The translations under genes and the position numbers were made by a program. Shown here piece by piece: positions 39,745-50,472 of a DNA stretch of 64,000 nucleotides (positions are counted from its first letter, which is position 1; each line of letters begins with the position of its first letter). The notes under the pieces were generated by a model. That model had not been told where the DNA came from. It made no database searches and saw only the letters and a list, made by a program, of their open reading frames with translations. Source of the DNA: Deltaproteobacteria bacterium (GTDB lineage: Bacteria > Myxococcota_A > Polyangia > Polyangiales > Houyiibacteriaceae); NCBI GenBank assembly GCA_034670305.1, contig JAXMNT010000016.1, positions 64,001 to 128,000 of the forward strand. The letters run 5' to 3'.

Positions 39745-41355
39745 CTACGCCGTCGCCGTGGGTTCTGCGGCCGCCTCGGCGGTCGCGGATTGGGTGAGTT
39801 CGTCGCGGACTTCACCGGTCCGCACGTAACCGAGGTCGTGGCCGAGCGCCGCGGCGACCTGCACGAGCGTCTTCCACGCGGTCTCCACTCCGTCCGGGGA
39901 CGGGATGGCGCGGGTGAACGTCTGGAAGAGGCCCTGGCCGTTCACGAACGAACCGAAGGACTCGGCCCAGCTCGCGACCGGGACCTGCACCGAAGCCACC
40001 GCGCTGAGCGGGCCTTCGTTGCTGGCCAGCACGACGACCGTGTCCAGGCTGCCAAGCGCATCGAGTGCGCCCTCGCGTTCTCCGCCGTGGTGGCCGAGCG
40101 CGAGCACCGCGGAGACTTCGCCCGCGAGCACGTCCTGGGCGAGGTCTTCGAGGTCGTGCAGTTCCACCGATTTGGCGGCGAGCGTCGCGCCGGCGCGGTT
40201 CGGGTTCGGGTCCGACGAACGCAGGATGTCGTCGCCTTCCCAGCCCACGTCTTCGGCCTCGCGCGCCGCGAGGTAGAGCCGGCCGGCGCCGAGTTTCTCG
40301 GCGAAGCGGGCGAGCACCCAGTTGTCTTCGTTGCTCATGCCAGCGCTCAGCACGATGGCGAGCTTCTTGGCGTCGACTGCGCCGAGTTTGGCGGCGACCA
40401 GGTCGACCGCTTCTTCGGGAAGCAGCCGTTCGGCGCCCTCCCCGCGGCCATCGACGGGCGTCTTGAGGCGCCCTTCGTGGACCTCGGTGTAGGTCATCAT
40501 GCCGTCGTCGCACATCCAGAACTTGTTCACGTCCTCGTTGTCGCGCGGGCGAAGGCGGTAGACCTTGCCGATGCGCGGATCGAAGTCGACGTGGCTGTTG
40601 CAGCCGGTGCTGCAACCGGTGCAGACGCCCTCGACCGACTTGAGGAACCAGACCCGCGCCTTGAAGCGGAAGTCTTGGCTGGTGAGGGCGCCGACCGGGC
40701 ACACGTGCTCGGTCATCAGGGTGTAGCGGTGGTCGAGCTCGCGGCCGGGGGCGAGCACGATCTCGTTCTTGTTCCCGCGCTCGCGCATGTCGAGCACGTG
40801 GTCGCCGACCAGCTCGTCGCACACGCGGATGCAGCGGGTGCACATGATGCAGCGCTCGGCGTCGTAGACGATGGTCGGGCCGAAGGTGACGCCCTTCGGT
40901 TTGTGCACCGGTTCGGTCTGCTTGCGCTTCGCGGTGTGCTGGTGCTCTTCGTAGTAGTCCTGCAGTTTGCACTCGCCGGCCTGGTCGCAGATCGGACAGT
41001 CGACCGGGTGGTTGAGCAGCAGGAACTCTTGCACGTGCGCCTGCGCGTTCTCGACCTCTTCGCCCACCGACGTCACCTCCATGCCCTCGCCGGCGGCCTG
41101 CTGGCAGGCCGGGGTGAGCTTGGGTTTCGTGTCGGGCACGTAGGCCTTCTTCTTCTCATCCCACTTGAGCGTGGGCATCGCCATCTGGCGGCCGCTCGTG
41201 ATGTGCACGAGGCACATGCGGCAGTTCGCGGCGACGCTCAAACCCGGGTGCCAGCAGTAGTGGGGGATCTCGATCCCGGCACGCCATGCGGCGCGCATGA
41301 TGGTGTCCCCGGGCTCGAAGGGGATGTCTTGGCCGTTCAGTTTGAAGGTCGGCAT
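39745..41355 (-). CDS. nuoG: NADH-quinone oxidoreductase subunit G (short form)
   Basis: 'IPHYCWHPGLSVAANCRMC', 'NHPVDCPICDQAGECKLQ', 'RCIMCTRCIRVC' and 'CTGCSTGC'. Confidence 0.93.
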   Translation of the reverse strand: MPTFKLNGQDIPFEPGDTIMRAAWRAGIEIPHYCWHPGLSVAANCRMCLVHITSGRQMAMPTLKWDEKKKAYVPDTKPKLTPACQQAAGEGMEVTSVGEEVENAQAHVQEFLLLNHPVDCPICDQAGECKLQDYYEEHQHTAKRKQTEPVHKPKGVTFGPTIVYDAERCIMCTRCIRVCDELVGDHVLDMRERGNKNEIVLAPGRELDHRYTLMTEHVCPVGALTSQDFRFKARVWFLKSVEGVCTGCSTGCNSHVDFDPRIGKVYRLRPRDNEDVNKFWMCDDGMMTYTEVHEGRLKTPVDGRGEGAERLLPEEAVDLVAAKLGAVDAKKLAIVLSAGMSNEDNWVLARFAEKLGAGRLYLAAREAEDVGWEGDDILRSSDPNPNRAGATLAAKSVELHDLEDLAQDVLAGEVSAVLALGHHGGEREGALDALGSLDTVVVLASNEGPLSAVASVQVPVASWAESFGSFVNGQGLFQTFTRAIPSPDGVETAWKTLVQVAAALGHDLGYVRTGEVRDELTQSATAEAAAEPTATA

Positions 41356-41407
41356 TCGCTGCTACTCGTTTGAAGTCCGTTCGATCGTGAAGTCCGCAGA
41401 ACGCGGC

Positions 41408-42628
41408 TCAGCGATCGCACTCGCCGCCGATCATGTTGATCGAGCCGAAGGTGGGGATGATGTCCGCGATCATGTCTCCGATGAGCATCTCGCGGACGGC
41501 TTGCAGGTTGTACCAACAGGGAGGTCGCACTCGGACGCGGTACGGGGTGCCGCTGCCGTCGCTGACGATGTAGAAGCCGAGCTCGCCGTTGCCGCCTTCG
41601 GTGAAGGAGTAGACGGCGCCCTTGGGGCACTTGAGGCCTTCCATCACGAGCTTGAAGTGCGCGATGGTCGCTTCGATCGTGGTGTACACCTCGCGCTTCT
41701 CGGGAAGCATGATGCGCGAGTCGGTGACCGAGACCGGACCGTCGGTGGGCATCTGGTCGAGCGCTTGCTCGATGATGCGGATCGACTGCCGGATCTCTTC
41801 CATGCGGACCATGAAGCGGTCCCAGTTGTCGCCGTCTTCACCGACCGGGACCTCGAAGTCGAACCGGTCGTAGACCATGTACGGGTGGTCCTTGCGGACG
41901 TCGTACGCCACGCCGGTCGAACGCAGCACCGGGCCGCTGCAGCCAAGGGCGACGGCGCGCTCCTTCGAGAGGATGCCGACGCCCTGCATGCGGTCGAGGA
42001 AGATGCGGTTCTTGAGCAGCAGCCCTTCGGCTTCGCCCACCACCTTGTGGATCTCCGGGATGATCGCCCGTACGTCGTCGGCGAAGCCGTCCGTGGGCGG
42101 GAACGCCATGCCGCCGATGCGACCGAAGCTGTGCGTCATGCGCGCGCCGGTCTCGCGCTCGAGAATGTCCCAGACCCAGTCCCGGACCTTGAGCAGCCAG
42201 AGGAAGGGCGTGAACGCGCCAAGCTCCATCGCGCCGGCGCCGTTGCTCGTGAAGTGGTCGCAGATGCGGGCGAGCTCGCCGAGGATGACCCGGTAGTACT
42301 GACCGCGGTCGGGCACTTCGATGCCGAGCAGCTTCTCCACCGCGAGCGAGAAGCCCACGTTGTTGAGCATCGGCGAGACGTAGTTCAGCCGGTCGGCGTA
42401 CGGGAAGACCTGGGCCCAGGTGCCGCGTTCGCAGCTCTTCTCGAACCCGCGGTGCAAGTAGCCGGGCTGCACGTCCACGTTCATGACCGTCTCGCCGTCG
42501 AGGTCGAGCACCATACGGATGGTGCCGTGCATCGCCGGGTGGGACGGGCCCATGTTGAGGCGCATCGGATCCGCGGGGATCTCGAGGGCCTCGTCTTCGT
42601 CTTCAAAGATCTCGTCGGGGGCTTCCAC
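41408..42628 (-). CDS. nuoD: NADH-quinone oxidoreductase subunit D
   Basis: 'NMGPSHPAMHG', 'GYLHRGFEK' and 'GGECDR'. Confidence 0.97.
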   Translation of the reverse strand: MEAPDEIFEDEDEALEIPADPMRLNMGPSHPAMHGTIRMVLDLDGETVMNVDVQPGYLHRGFEKSCERGTWAQVFPYADRLNYVSPMLNNVGFSLAVEKLLGIEVPDRGQYYRVILGELARICDHFTSNGAGAMELGAFTPFLWLLKVRDWVWDILERETGARMTHSFGRIGGMAFPPTDGFADDVRAIIPEIHKVVGEAEGLLLKNRIFLDRMQGVGILSKERAVALGCSGPVLRSTGVAYDVRKDHPYMVYDRFDFEVPVGEDGDNWDRFMVRMEEIRQSIRIIEQALDQMPTDGPVSVTDSRIMLPEKREVYTTIEATIAHFKLVMEGLKCPKGAVYSFTEGGNGELGFYIVSDGSGTPYRVRVRPPCWYNLQAVREMLIGDMIADIIPTFGSINMIGGECDR

Positions 42629-43342
42629 TCAGCTCTCCGGAGTTTCTGCCGCGTCCGCGGCCTTCTTTTGTGCGAGCTCGGCGGCTTGGTCTTCGGCGAC
42701 CTTCGAGTCGGAGAGCGCGCGGCGCTGCCCGAGCTGCAGACCGATCGACGGCGAGACCTGCTCGTCGCGGCCGGCCAGGCGCTCTTCCCAGTCGATGCGG
42801 GCGAAGGGCTGGCCTTCTTCGATGCCGAAGGGCGGGAGTTTCAGCGTGCTGTCGACGTCGCGGTATTCGACAAGCGGCTGCACGCGGTCGATCGGGTAGT
42901 CCTTGCGGAGCGGCCACCCTTCGAACTCGTCGTACATGAGGATTCGGCGGAGATCCTTGTGGCCTTCGAACTCGATCCCGAACATGTCGTAGACCTCGCG
43001 CTCGGCCCAGTTGGCGCCGGACCAGACCGGGGTCAGGCTCGCGAGCTTCTTGCCGTCGGCAAGCTCGGTGCGCAGGCGCATCCGGTGGTTGTGCTGCATC
43101 GAACGGCAGAGCAGGAGCACGTCGAAACGTGCGCCGCCCTCCATCTCGCGCTCCGGGTAGTCCACCGCAGTGACGTCGGTGAAGTGATCCATCGCCGACT
43201 TCTCGTGGTCCCGCAGGAAGGTCGCGACCTCCACCCAATGTTTGGGCGCGACGGTGACCTCTGCGTCGCCGCGGAAATCCGTGGCCAGGAGGATCTTGTC
43301 CCCGAACTCCTTCTGGAGGAGCTTCGTGACCTTCTTGCTCAT
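42629..43342 (-). CDS. nuoC: NADH-quinone oxidoreductase subunit C
   Basis: 'EREVYDMFGIEFEGHKDLRRIL..PLRKDYP'. Confidence 0.96.
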   Translation of the reverse strand: MSKKVTKLLQKEFGDKILLATDFRGDAEVTVAPKHWVEVATFLRDHEKSAMDHFTDVTAVDYPEREMEGGARFDVLLLCRSMQHNHRMRLRTELADGKKLASLTPVWSGANWAEREVYDMFGIEFEGHKDLRRILMYDEFEGWPLRKDYPIDRVQPLVEYRDVDSTLKLPPFGIEEGQPFARIDWEERLAGRDEQVSPSIGLQLGQRRALSDSKVAEDQAAELAQKKAADAAETPES

Positions 43343-43938
43343 GACTTGTCGACCTTGGGCACCTTGGTGCGCAAACGGGCGAGCTCGGGCACGTCGCGCG
43401 GCGGCACGCTCACCGGCTGACGGTTGCCGTTCTTCACCTTCTCCATGAGGAGCATCAGGCCATCGAGCACCGCTTCGGGGCGGGGCGGGCAGCCAGGAAT
43501 GTAGATGTCGACGGGCACGATCTTGTCCACGCCCGGAATGGTCGTGTAGTTGTCGTAGAATCCGCCGCAGCTCGCGCAGGTGCCGAACGCGACGACCCAC
43601 TTGGGCTCGGTCATCTGTTCGTAGATGCGCTTGAGCGCGGGTCCCTGTCGCTGGCTGATCGTTCCGACGACCCAGAGCACGTCCGACTGACGCGGGCTGA
43701 AGCGGGGCGCCTCGGCGCCGAAGCGCGCGATGTCGTAGCGGGGCGAAGCCACCGCGAAGAACTCCATGCCACAGCACGCCGTCGCGAACGGGTACTGGAA
43801 GAGGGAGTAGCGCCGGGCCCACGCCAAAAGCGCGTCCAGCTTGGTCGTGACGAAGCCCGAGTTGGGATCGCCTCCGACGAACTTCTTGGACTGGGGACCA
43901 GCCACGGGAAGACTCCCGGGCTTTTTCACTTCTCCCAT
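43339..43938 (-). CDS. nuoB: NADH-quinone oxidoreductase subunit B
   Basis: 'ACCGME', 'SPRQSD' and 'PVDIYIPGCPPRPE'. Confidence 0.97.
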   Translation of the reverse strand: MGEVKKPGSLPVAGPQSKKFVGGDPNSGFVTTKLDALLAWARRYSLFQYPFATACCGMEFFAVASPRYDIARFGAEAPRFSPRQSDVLWVVGTISQRQGPALKRIYEQMTEPKWVVAFGTCASCGGFYDNYTTIPGVDKIVPVDIYIPGCPPRPEAVLDGLMLLMEKVKNGNRQPVSVPPRDVPELARLRTKVPKVDKS

Positions 43939-44285
43939 TCGAGGGCACCCTTTTTCCACGCGTAGACCAGGGTCACGCCGAGGATCAGTAGGAAGAGCAG
44001 CATCTCCACGAAACCGAACCATCCGAGTTCACGGAACATGCTCGCCCACGGGTAGAGGAACACTGCCTCGATGTCGAAGACCACGAAGAGGATCGCGGTC
44101 AGGTAGAACTTGACGCTCTGCCGGAGGTGGCTCGCACCGATGGTGTTCGAGCCCGACTCGTAGGGGAGCATCTTCTCGGGGGTCGGCTTTTTCGGACCCG
44201 CGAGGGAGGTGGCCGTGAACATCCCGAGCGCCACCAAGGTGGCGACGAGGAGCATCAAGAAGACCGGAAGATAGATGGCGAGCAT
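43926..44285 (-). CDS. nuoA: NADH-quinone oxidoreductase subunit A
   Basis: 'PYESG', 'FVVFDIEAVFLYPW' and 'WKKGALEW'. Confidence 0.97.
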   Translation of the reverse strand: MLAIYLPVFLMLLVATLVALGMFTATSLAGPKKPTPEKMLPYESGSNTIGASHLRQSVKFYLTAILFVVFDIEAVFLYPWASMFRELGWFGFVEMLLFLLILGVTLVYAWKKGALEWEK

Positions 44286-44610
44286 GGGTGGGGAATTCTC
44301 GCTGAGCGGAAGTCGGTGGGACGGCCCCGAGGTGAACCTACAGCAGTGGCGCGGAGTATCGCGTCAGCCGCCTCGAAATCACACGGAAATCCCTGAAAGA
44401 CCCGAGATTCGTTTGGGAAATCGGTCTGCTTCTAGCCTCGCGCCCGGAAACTGTCAATCGCAGGAGCGGCACCCGATGGCCGCGTGCGACCGCTGACGGT
44501 GCGATCGCCCGGAAACCCCAGTGGCTGAGTCCTGCGCTGGGGTCGCACCGGCGCCATCGCGGGGACCCCCCTTGATGAGAATCGATCGCCGATGTAGGGC
44601 AACGCCTCAC

Positions 44611-46428
44611 ATGCTTCGTACCTCCGCCCTCGCCTTCTTGCTCGTCTTCACCACTGCCCACGCGGGTGCCTTCGCCCAGGAGGGCCCCGAGGAAGACCCG
44701 CACGCCGGCCACGCCGAGCAGCAACCGCTCGCGGCCAGCATGGAGAAGGCCGTCGACGAGTTCTTCGGCAAGTACATCGTCAGCCCGCTCGTCACGGTCT
44801 TCTTCTTCGACGTCGTCTTCTGGGACACGCCGCCGAGCCCCGACGACTCCGACGTCCCGCACCTCACACCCGATGAGAACACCCGGCGGTGGATCCTCCA
44901 GACCGTCAACAACGCCGACGAGGAGTCGCTCGCCGGCATGGTCGGCCCCCACGTCGCCACCTCGCTCATCGAGCAGCGACCACTGACCTACCAGAACCTC
45001 GAAGACGCCGCGGCGATCAGTGGGGATACGAAGACGATCGATCTACTCGCCGCCCACGCCGGCGCGCTGACGGTGCCGCTCGTCGTGTTGTGGCTCGTGC
45101 TCGGCGCCCTCTTCTTCACGTTCCGCTTCAACTTCCCGAACGTGCGCGCCCTCGGCCACGCGATCCGGGTCACCCGCGGCGACTACGACGACGACTCGCA
45201 GCCGGGGGAGGTGAGCCATTTCCAGGCCTTGAGCTCTGCGCTCTCTGCCACCGTGGGGCTCGGCAACATCGCCGGCGTGGCGGTGGCCGTCAGCGCCGGT
45301 GGGCCGGGCGCCGTGTTCTGGATGGTGGTCGCCGCGTTCTTCGGCATGTGCTCGAAGTTCAGCGAATGCACGCTCGGCCAGCTCTACCGGGAGGTCGATG
45401 AGAAGGGGAACGTGTCCGGTGGACCGATGCGCTACCTCGAGACCGGCCTCGCGGAGCTGAAGATGCGTCCGTTCGGCAAGGTGTTGGCCGTCACGTTCGC
45501 CATCATGTGCATCGGCGGCAGCCTTGGCGGTGGCAACATGTTCCAGGCGAACCAAAGCGGCGCGCAGATCGCAGCCGTCGTCCCGATGTTCGGAGAGCCG
45601 CTTGGCAAACTCGCGTACGGCATCGCGCTCGCACTCTTCGTGGCGGCCGTGATCATCGGCGGCATCAAACGCATCGGCAAGGTCGCCGGCTACATCGTGC
45701 CGATCATGTGCGGCGTGTACGTGCTCGCGGGCATGGCGGTCATCCTCGTCAACGCAGGCGAGATCGGGGGCGCGTTCGGCAAGATCTTTGGCGAAGCCTT
45801 CACCCCGAACGCGGTCGGCGGCGGGTTTCTCGGCGTGCTCATGATCGGATTCCAGCGCGCCGCGTTCTCCAACGAGGCCGGCGTGGGTTCGGCGTCGATC
45901 GCGCACTCCGCCGCGAGCACCGACGAACCGGTCCGCGAGGGCATCGTCGCCCTGCTCGAACCGTTCATCGACACCATCATCGTCTGCACCATGACCGGCC
46001 TCGTCGTGGTCATCACCGGCGCGTACACGAGCGGTCTCGAAGGCGTCGAGATGACCTCGATGGCGTTCAACACCGTGCTGCCTGGCTTCAAGTACGTCCT
46101 CACGGCGGCGGTCGTGCTCTTCGCCTTTTCCACGATGATCTCTTGGAGCTACTACGGCGAGCGCTGCTGGACGTACCTGTTCGGGACCGGCACCTCGATG
46201 ATCTACAAGGTGATCTTCCTAATCTTCGTCGTGCTCGGCGCGATGCTGGAGCTCGGGAACGTCATCACGTTCTCCGATCTCATGGTCCTCGGCATGGCGT
46301 TCCCGAACATTCTCGGCATGTACTTCTTGAGCGGCAAAGTGAAACGTGCCTTCGACGACTACTGGGGCCGCGTGAAGTCCGGCGAAATCAAACCCCTCGC
46401 CGACCAGGACGTCCCTGCAGAGCGGTAG
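44611..46428 (+). CDS. Alanine/glycine:cation symporter (AGCS family) with N-terminal extension
   Basis: 'SHFQAL..ATVGLGNIAGVA..GGPGAVFWM', 'GGPMRY', 'FSNEAGVGS' and 'SYYGE'. Confidence 0.93.
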   Translation: MLRTSALAFLLVFTTAHAGAFAQEGPEEDPHAGHAEQQPLAASMEKAVDEFFGKYIVSPLVTVFFFDVVFWDTPPSPDDSDVPHLTPDENTRRWILQTVNNADEESLAGMVGPHVATSLIEQRPLTYQNLEDAAAISGDTKTIDLLAAHAGALTVPLVVLWLVLGALFFTFRFNFPNVRALGHAIRVTRGDYDDDSQPGEVSHFQALSSALSATVGLGNIAGVAVAVSAGGPGAVFWMVVAAFFGMCSKFSECTLGQLYREVDEKGNVSGGPMRYLETGLAELKMRPFGKVLAVTFAIMCIGGSLGGGNMFQANQSGAQIAAVVPMFGEPLGKLAYGIALALFVAAVIIGGIKRIGKVAGYIVPIMCGVYVLAGMAVILVNAGEIGGAFGKIFGEAFTPNAVGGGFLGVLMIGFQRAAFSNEAGVGSASIAHSAASTDEPVREGIVALLEPFIDTIIVCTMTGLVVVITGAYTSGLEGVEMTSMAFNTVLPGFKYVLTAAVVLFAFSTMISWSYYGERCWTYLFGTGTSMIYKVIFLIFVVLGAMLELGNVITFSDLMVLGMAFPNILGMYFLSGKVKRAFDDYWGRVKSGEIKPLADQDVPAER

Positions 46429-46486
46429 AAGCCGCCTCACTTTCGCGATTTGATCGGGTCCCGCCTCGCAGATTCTGCGAGACCGC

Positions 46487-48382
46487 TTGACGGGTGCGTG
46501 TTCGGCGCGGGATCCTCCGATCGTGGGGACCACCGAGGCTGATGGAACGCCTCCACCGGACGCTTCGGGACGAACGAGCGGGGTGGAAGAGCGATCTTCC
46601 GTCGCGCCGGGGCCTGGCCTCGGTGCGCTGGAGGTTCGGTGCCCGCATTGCACCCGTGCCCATCCCCGATCGTGGTCGCACTGCCCGACCTCCGGCAAAC
46701 CGCTCACCGTCGGGCCAGCGCTCGTCGGACGCATCATCGCGGGGCGCTACGAGATCCGCGGCATCCTCGGCGAAGGCGGCATGGGCGCGGTCTACGAAGC
46801 CATCCACCTCGACATCGGGCGGCGCGTTGCACTCAAGCGGCTGCATCCCGAACTCGCGACCGACCAGAGCGCGGTCACGCGGTTTCATCGAGAGGCGCGT
46901 GCGGCCGGCTCGACGGGGCACGAGAACATCGTCGATGTTCTCGATCTCGGGTACGCGGAAGACGGCGCACCGTACTTGGTGATGGAGCTGCTCGAGGGGG
47001 AGACGCTCGCCTCGCGCCTGGCCCACGAACCCCAGCTCTCGGCCTCGCGCACCGCGCGCATTGGCGGCCAGGTGCTGGCGGCGCTGCAAGCTGTGCACGC
47101 CAAGGGCGTCATTCACCGCGACCTCAAACCCGAGAACATCTTCCTCACCCGCCGGTCCGGTCGGGCGGACTTCGTGAAGGTCCTCGACTTCGGGGTGTCG
47201 AAGATCGCGACGGGCGAGGGGGAAGAATCTTCGCTGACCCGGACCGGGGTCACGGTCGGCACACCGCAGTACATGTCGCCCGAACAAGCCCGCGGCATGA
47301 AACACCTTGATCACCGCGTGGACCTCTACGCGCTGGGAGTGATCCTCTACCGCTGCCTCAGCGGCCGGCTTCCGCTCGAGGCCGACAACTACCACGCGCT
47401 GCTTCGGTCGATTCTGGTGGTCGAACCGACCCGTTTGACGACCCTCGTGCCCACCCTGTCGCGGCCACTGTCCGACACCGTGCACCGCGCGCTGGCCAAG
47501 AAGCCTTCCGGGCGCTTTCCGGACGCGTTGAGCATGTGGCGTGAGCTCGTGCCGTTCGGCGCGCGCCCGCCGGACGACGACGTGACCGGGCTCCCGGACA
47601 GCGGCATCGGAACCCTGCCGACCCAGCTCGAGGACTCGGCGGAGACCGTCCTCGACACCCCCGCCACATGGAGCGACGTCGTCCCGACATCGCAGCCGGC
47701 CGCGTTCGTCGCCACGTCGTTCGACTGGGACGAGTCCCGCGCCAAACCGCTGGACCTCTCGAGCCCAGACGTCAGCTCGAAGATCGCCACCCCCGCGCGT
47801 CCTTCCCGCACCCCGAAGAGCGACGAGACCCTCGGCCGGGTCAAAGGCGCGGTCGTCCTCGCCGCGCGCGAGCACCTGGCAAGGTCTGGACAAGGAACGT
47901 TTCAAGCGCTCCTCGACCGGATTCCGCCCGTCCATCGGAACATCCTCGCTGCACGGGTCTTGCCGGTGGCTTGGCTCCCCGCAGGTTCCTTCGTGGCACT
48001 GGTCGCGGCCACCGAACACGTCATGGGTACCGGCGATGGGACGCGCGCCCGCGCGCTCGGCGAAGGCGTTGCCAAAGGCACGCTGATGTCGTCGCACAAA
48101 CTGCTGGTCGGCGGCGGTCGTCCCGACGCCGGCATGGAGCGCCTCCCCTCCGTCTGGATGGGCTACTTCGACGCCGCGCAGTTGGTGGCGGAACGCCTCG
48201 GCCCGAAGTCGTTTCGGTTGATCGTCTCGGAAGGCCCGGACGACCAACACATGCTCTCCCTCCTGTGCGGCTTCACTGAACGCCTCCTCGCCCTCTGCGG
48301 CGCCACCGCCCCCCGCAGCTCCATCCGCCAAAGCCGCGCCCGCGGCAACCCCGAGTCCGTCCTCCACATCCGCTGGTCGTAG
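46487..48382 (+). CDS. Hanks-type Ser/Thr protein kinase with N-terminal Cys cluster and C-terminal myxobacterial domain
   Basis: 'GEGGMGAVY', 'VALK', 'HRDLKPEN', 'DFG' and 'YMSPE'. The start is uncertain (46487 or about 46583). Confidence 0.92.
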   Translation: MTGACSARDPPIVGTTEADGTPPPDASGRTSGVEERSSVAPGPGLGALEVRCPHCTRAHPRSWSHCPTSGKPLTVGPALVGRIIAGRYEIRGILGEGGMGAVYEAIHLDIGRRVALKRLHPELATDQSAVTRFHREARAAGSTGHENIVDVLDLGYAEDGAPYLVMELLEGETLASRLAHEPQLSASRTARIGGQVLAALQAVHAKGVIHRDLKPENIFLTRRSGRADFVKVLDFGVSKIATGEGEESSLTRTGVTVGTPQYMSPEQARGMKHLDHRVDLYALGVILYRCLSGRLPLEADNYHALLRSILVVEPTRLTTLVPTLSRPLSDTVHRALAKKPSGRFPDALSMWRELVPFGARPPDDDVTGLPDSGIGTLPTQLEDSAETVLDTPATWSDVVPTSQPAAFVATSFDWDESRAKPLDLSSPDVSSKIATPARPSRTPKSDETLGRVKGAVVLAAREHLARSGQGTFQALLDRIPPVHRNILAARVLPVAWLPAGSFVALVAATEHVMGTGDGTRARALGEGVAKGTLMSSHKLLVGGGRPDAGMERLPSVWMGYFDAAQLVAERLGPKSFRLIVSEGPDDQHMLSLLCGFTERLLALCGATAPRSSIRQSRARGNPESVLHIRWS

Positions 48383-48397
48383 CGGTCGGCTCTCGCG

Positions 48398-48560
48398 GGT
48401 GTCGGCTTCGGCGTCGGCATCGGCGTCGGCGTCGGCTTCGGCGTCGGCATCGGCTTCGGCGTCGGCATCGGCTTCGGCTTCGGCATCGGCGTCGGCTTCG
48501 GTTTCGGCGTCGGCTTCGGCTTCGGCTTCGGCGTCGGCTCCGGCTTCAGCGTCGCTTCAG
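48398..48560. repeat. Intergenic hexamer array (TCGGCN)
   Basis: Visible 6-nt periodicity between convergent genes. Confidence 0.95.
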
Positions 48561-48567
48561 CCAGACG

Positions 48568-49875
48568 CTACCCCGCCATCACCGCTTCGATCTCGTCGGT
48601 CGTCTTCGGGATGTCGGCGGTCAGGTTGTCGAACCCATCGTTGGTCACGAGGATGTCGTCTTCGATGCGAATCCCGATGCCCCGCCACTTGGGATCCACG
48701 TCCGCGTCAACCGACACGTACACGCCTGGCTCCACCGTGAGCACGAAGCCGGGCTCGAGCGGCCGCATGGTCCCGTCGACGAAGTACGCGCCGACGTCGT
48801 GCACGTCCATGCCGATCCAGTGCGAGGTCTTGTGCATGAAGAACGCGCGGTAGTCGCCGGACTCGATGTTCTCATCGACCGTGCCTTGGAGCAGACCGTG
48901 GTCGATGAGCCCCTTCGTGATCACCCGCGCTGCCACGTCGTGCAGGTCGTCCAAGGTGACACCCGGGCGAATGGCTTCGACTGCCGCGATCTGAGACGCG
49001 AGCACGACGTCGTACAGCGCCTTCTGCGCTGCGCTGAACTTGCCGTTCACCGGGAACGTGCGCGTGACGTCGCTCGCGTAGTAGCCGAGTTCGCACCCCG
49101 CATCGATGAGCAACAGGTCGCCGTCCTCCATCTTCCGGCCGCTCGCGCGGTAGTGGAGAATCGTGGCGTTCGGGCCCGAGCCGACGATGCTGTCGTACGC
49201 CGGCCGATCGCTGCCACCCATCTGGAAGACGCGGTTGATCTCGGCTTTGATCTCGTACTCGAACTTGCCGGGCTGGGTCGCTTTCATCGCTTCTACGTGG
49301 GCGTCGCGGGTCACGCGGGCGGCCCGCCGCATCTGCGCGAGTTCCTCTTGCCGCTTTCGCAGCCGCATCTCGTGCAGCGTCGCGCTCGGGTCCACGATCT
49401 CGGTCGGGGCGATCGCCCCGCTGCGCGCGCGACCGCGGACGGTGGCAAGCGCCCGGAACAACACCGCGTCGAACGAACCGCCCCGGCCCACCATCGCGTG
49501 CACCCTGCGGCCGCCCTGCAGGTAGTCCGGCAACCGTTGTTCGAGTTCGTCGATCGGGAACGCCGCGTCGACGCCGAAGTCTCGCGCCGCCCCTTCCACC
49601 CCGGCGCGCGGACCGTCCCAGATCTCGCGCTCCTTGTGGCGTGGACGAACGAACAACACCGCCTGGTGTTCGGGATGGAGGTTGCTGACGACCAACACGC
49701 TCTCCGGCTCGTCGAAACCGGACAGGTAGAAGAAGTCGCTGTCCTGGCGGTACTCGTGTTCCACGTCGTTGTTCCGAATCGAAACCGGAGCGGAGGGGAA
49801 CACGGCCACGCCGGGTCCGATGCGTTCGAGCAGTTCGGCGCGGCGGGCGACGTACGTCTGGGGGTCCTGAGCCAT
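48568..49875 (-). CDS. pepP: Xaa-Pro aminopeptidase
   Basis: 'YRQDSDFFYLSGFDEP', 'IDAG', 'YASDVTRTFP', 'HWIGMDVHD', 'TVEPG' and 'GIRIEDD'. Confidence 0.96.
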   Translation of the reverse strand: MAQDPQTYVARRAELLERIGPGVAVFPSAPVSIRNNDVEHEYRQDSDFFYLSGFDEPESVLVVSNLHPEHQAVLFVRPRHKEREIWDGPRAGVEGAARDFGVDAAFPIDELEQRLPDYLQGGRRVHAMVGRGGSFDAVLFRALATVRGRARSGAIAPTEIVDPSATLHEMRLRKRQEELAQMRRAARVTRDAHVEAMKATQPGKFEYEIKAEINRVFQMGGSDRPAYDSIVGSGPNATILHYRASGRKMEDGDLLLIDAGCELGYYASDVTRTFPVNGKFSAAQKALYDVVLASQIAAVEAIRPGVTLDDLHDVAARVITKGLIDHGLLQGTVDENIESGDYRAFFMHKTSHWIGMDVHDVGAYFVDGTMRPLEPGFVLTVEPGVYVSVDADVDPKWRGIGIRIEDDILVTNDGFDNLTADIPKTTDEIEAVMAG

Positions 49876-49881
49876 GACGGG

Positions 49882-49909
49882 AACATACCGACTGGACGGC
49901 CGGTGTCCA
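49882..49909 (-). promoter_or_regulatory. sigma70-type promoter of pepP (probably leaderless)
   Basis: TGGACA-N16-TATGTT-N6-ATG. Confidence 0.6.
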
Positions 49910-49973
49910 TTGCGGATCCGCGACGATGGTCACAGCACCGGTTCGAACAAGGGTCGGTCGCGGCTCAGCCGGT

Positions 49974-50447
49974 TCAATCGCACTGGGGCGGCAAGGTGCA
50001 GACCGCCTGGGCGAACTGGCGCACCGCGCCTCGGGGCAACGGGTACGCGAGCGTCGCATCCATGGGCATCGGCCGAGGGTCGTCGGGGCAAGGAGAACGT
50101 TGTTGGATGGCGAACGTCACCGTCTCGCCGTCGTCCAGAATCTCGGCCCCGCCGTGCGCCGGGCTCATGCCGTAGGAGAACGTGCGCAGCGAATGGCTGG
50201 CGAACTCGAACTCGACGGCGCCAGCGCAGGACACGAACGTGGCGAGCTGATCCGCGGAGTCGATCGTTTGTGGCGCTTGCACCGAACCGGTCGAACGAAG
50301 CTGGCAGCCAGGCGGCAATTGCAACGGTTGGATCGCGGTCGCGGATTCGAGCCCGGCGGGCCGGCAGGTCTGGGTTGCCGGCTCTGGATCGCCGCCACTC
50401 GAATGGGCCCCGCAGGCGAGTGCGAAGACGAGGGTGCAGGTGCGCAT
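49974..50447 (-). CDS. Hypothetical lipoprotein
   Basis: 'MRTCTLVFALACG' lipobox. The ATG is 6 nt after TACCCT. Confidence 0.65.
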   Translation of the reverse strand: MRTCTLVFALACGAHSSGGDPEPATQTCRPAGLESATAIQPLQLPPGCQLRSTGSVQAPQTIDSADQLATFVSCAGAVEFEFASHSLRTFSYGMSPAHGGAEILDDGETVTFAIQQRSPCPDDPRPMPMDATLAYPLPRGAVRQFAQAVCTLPPQCD

Positions 50448-50472
50448 GGGCGGAGGGTAACGCACGGAGCGA

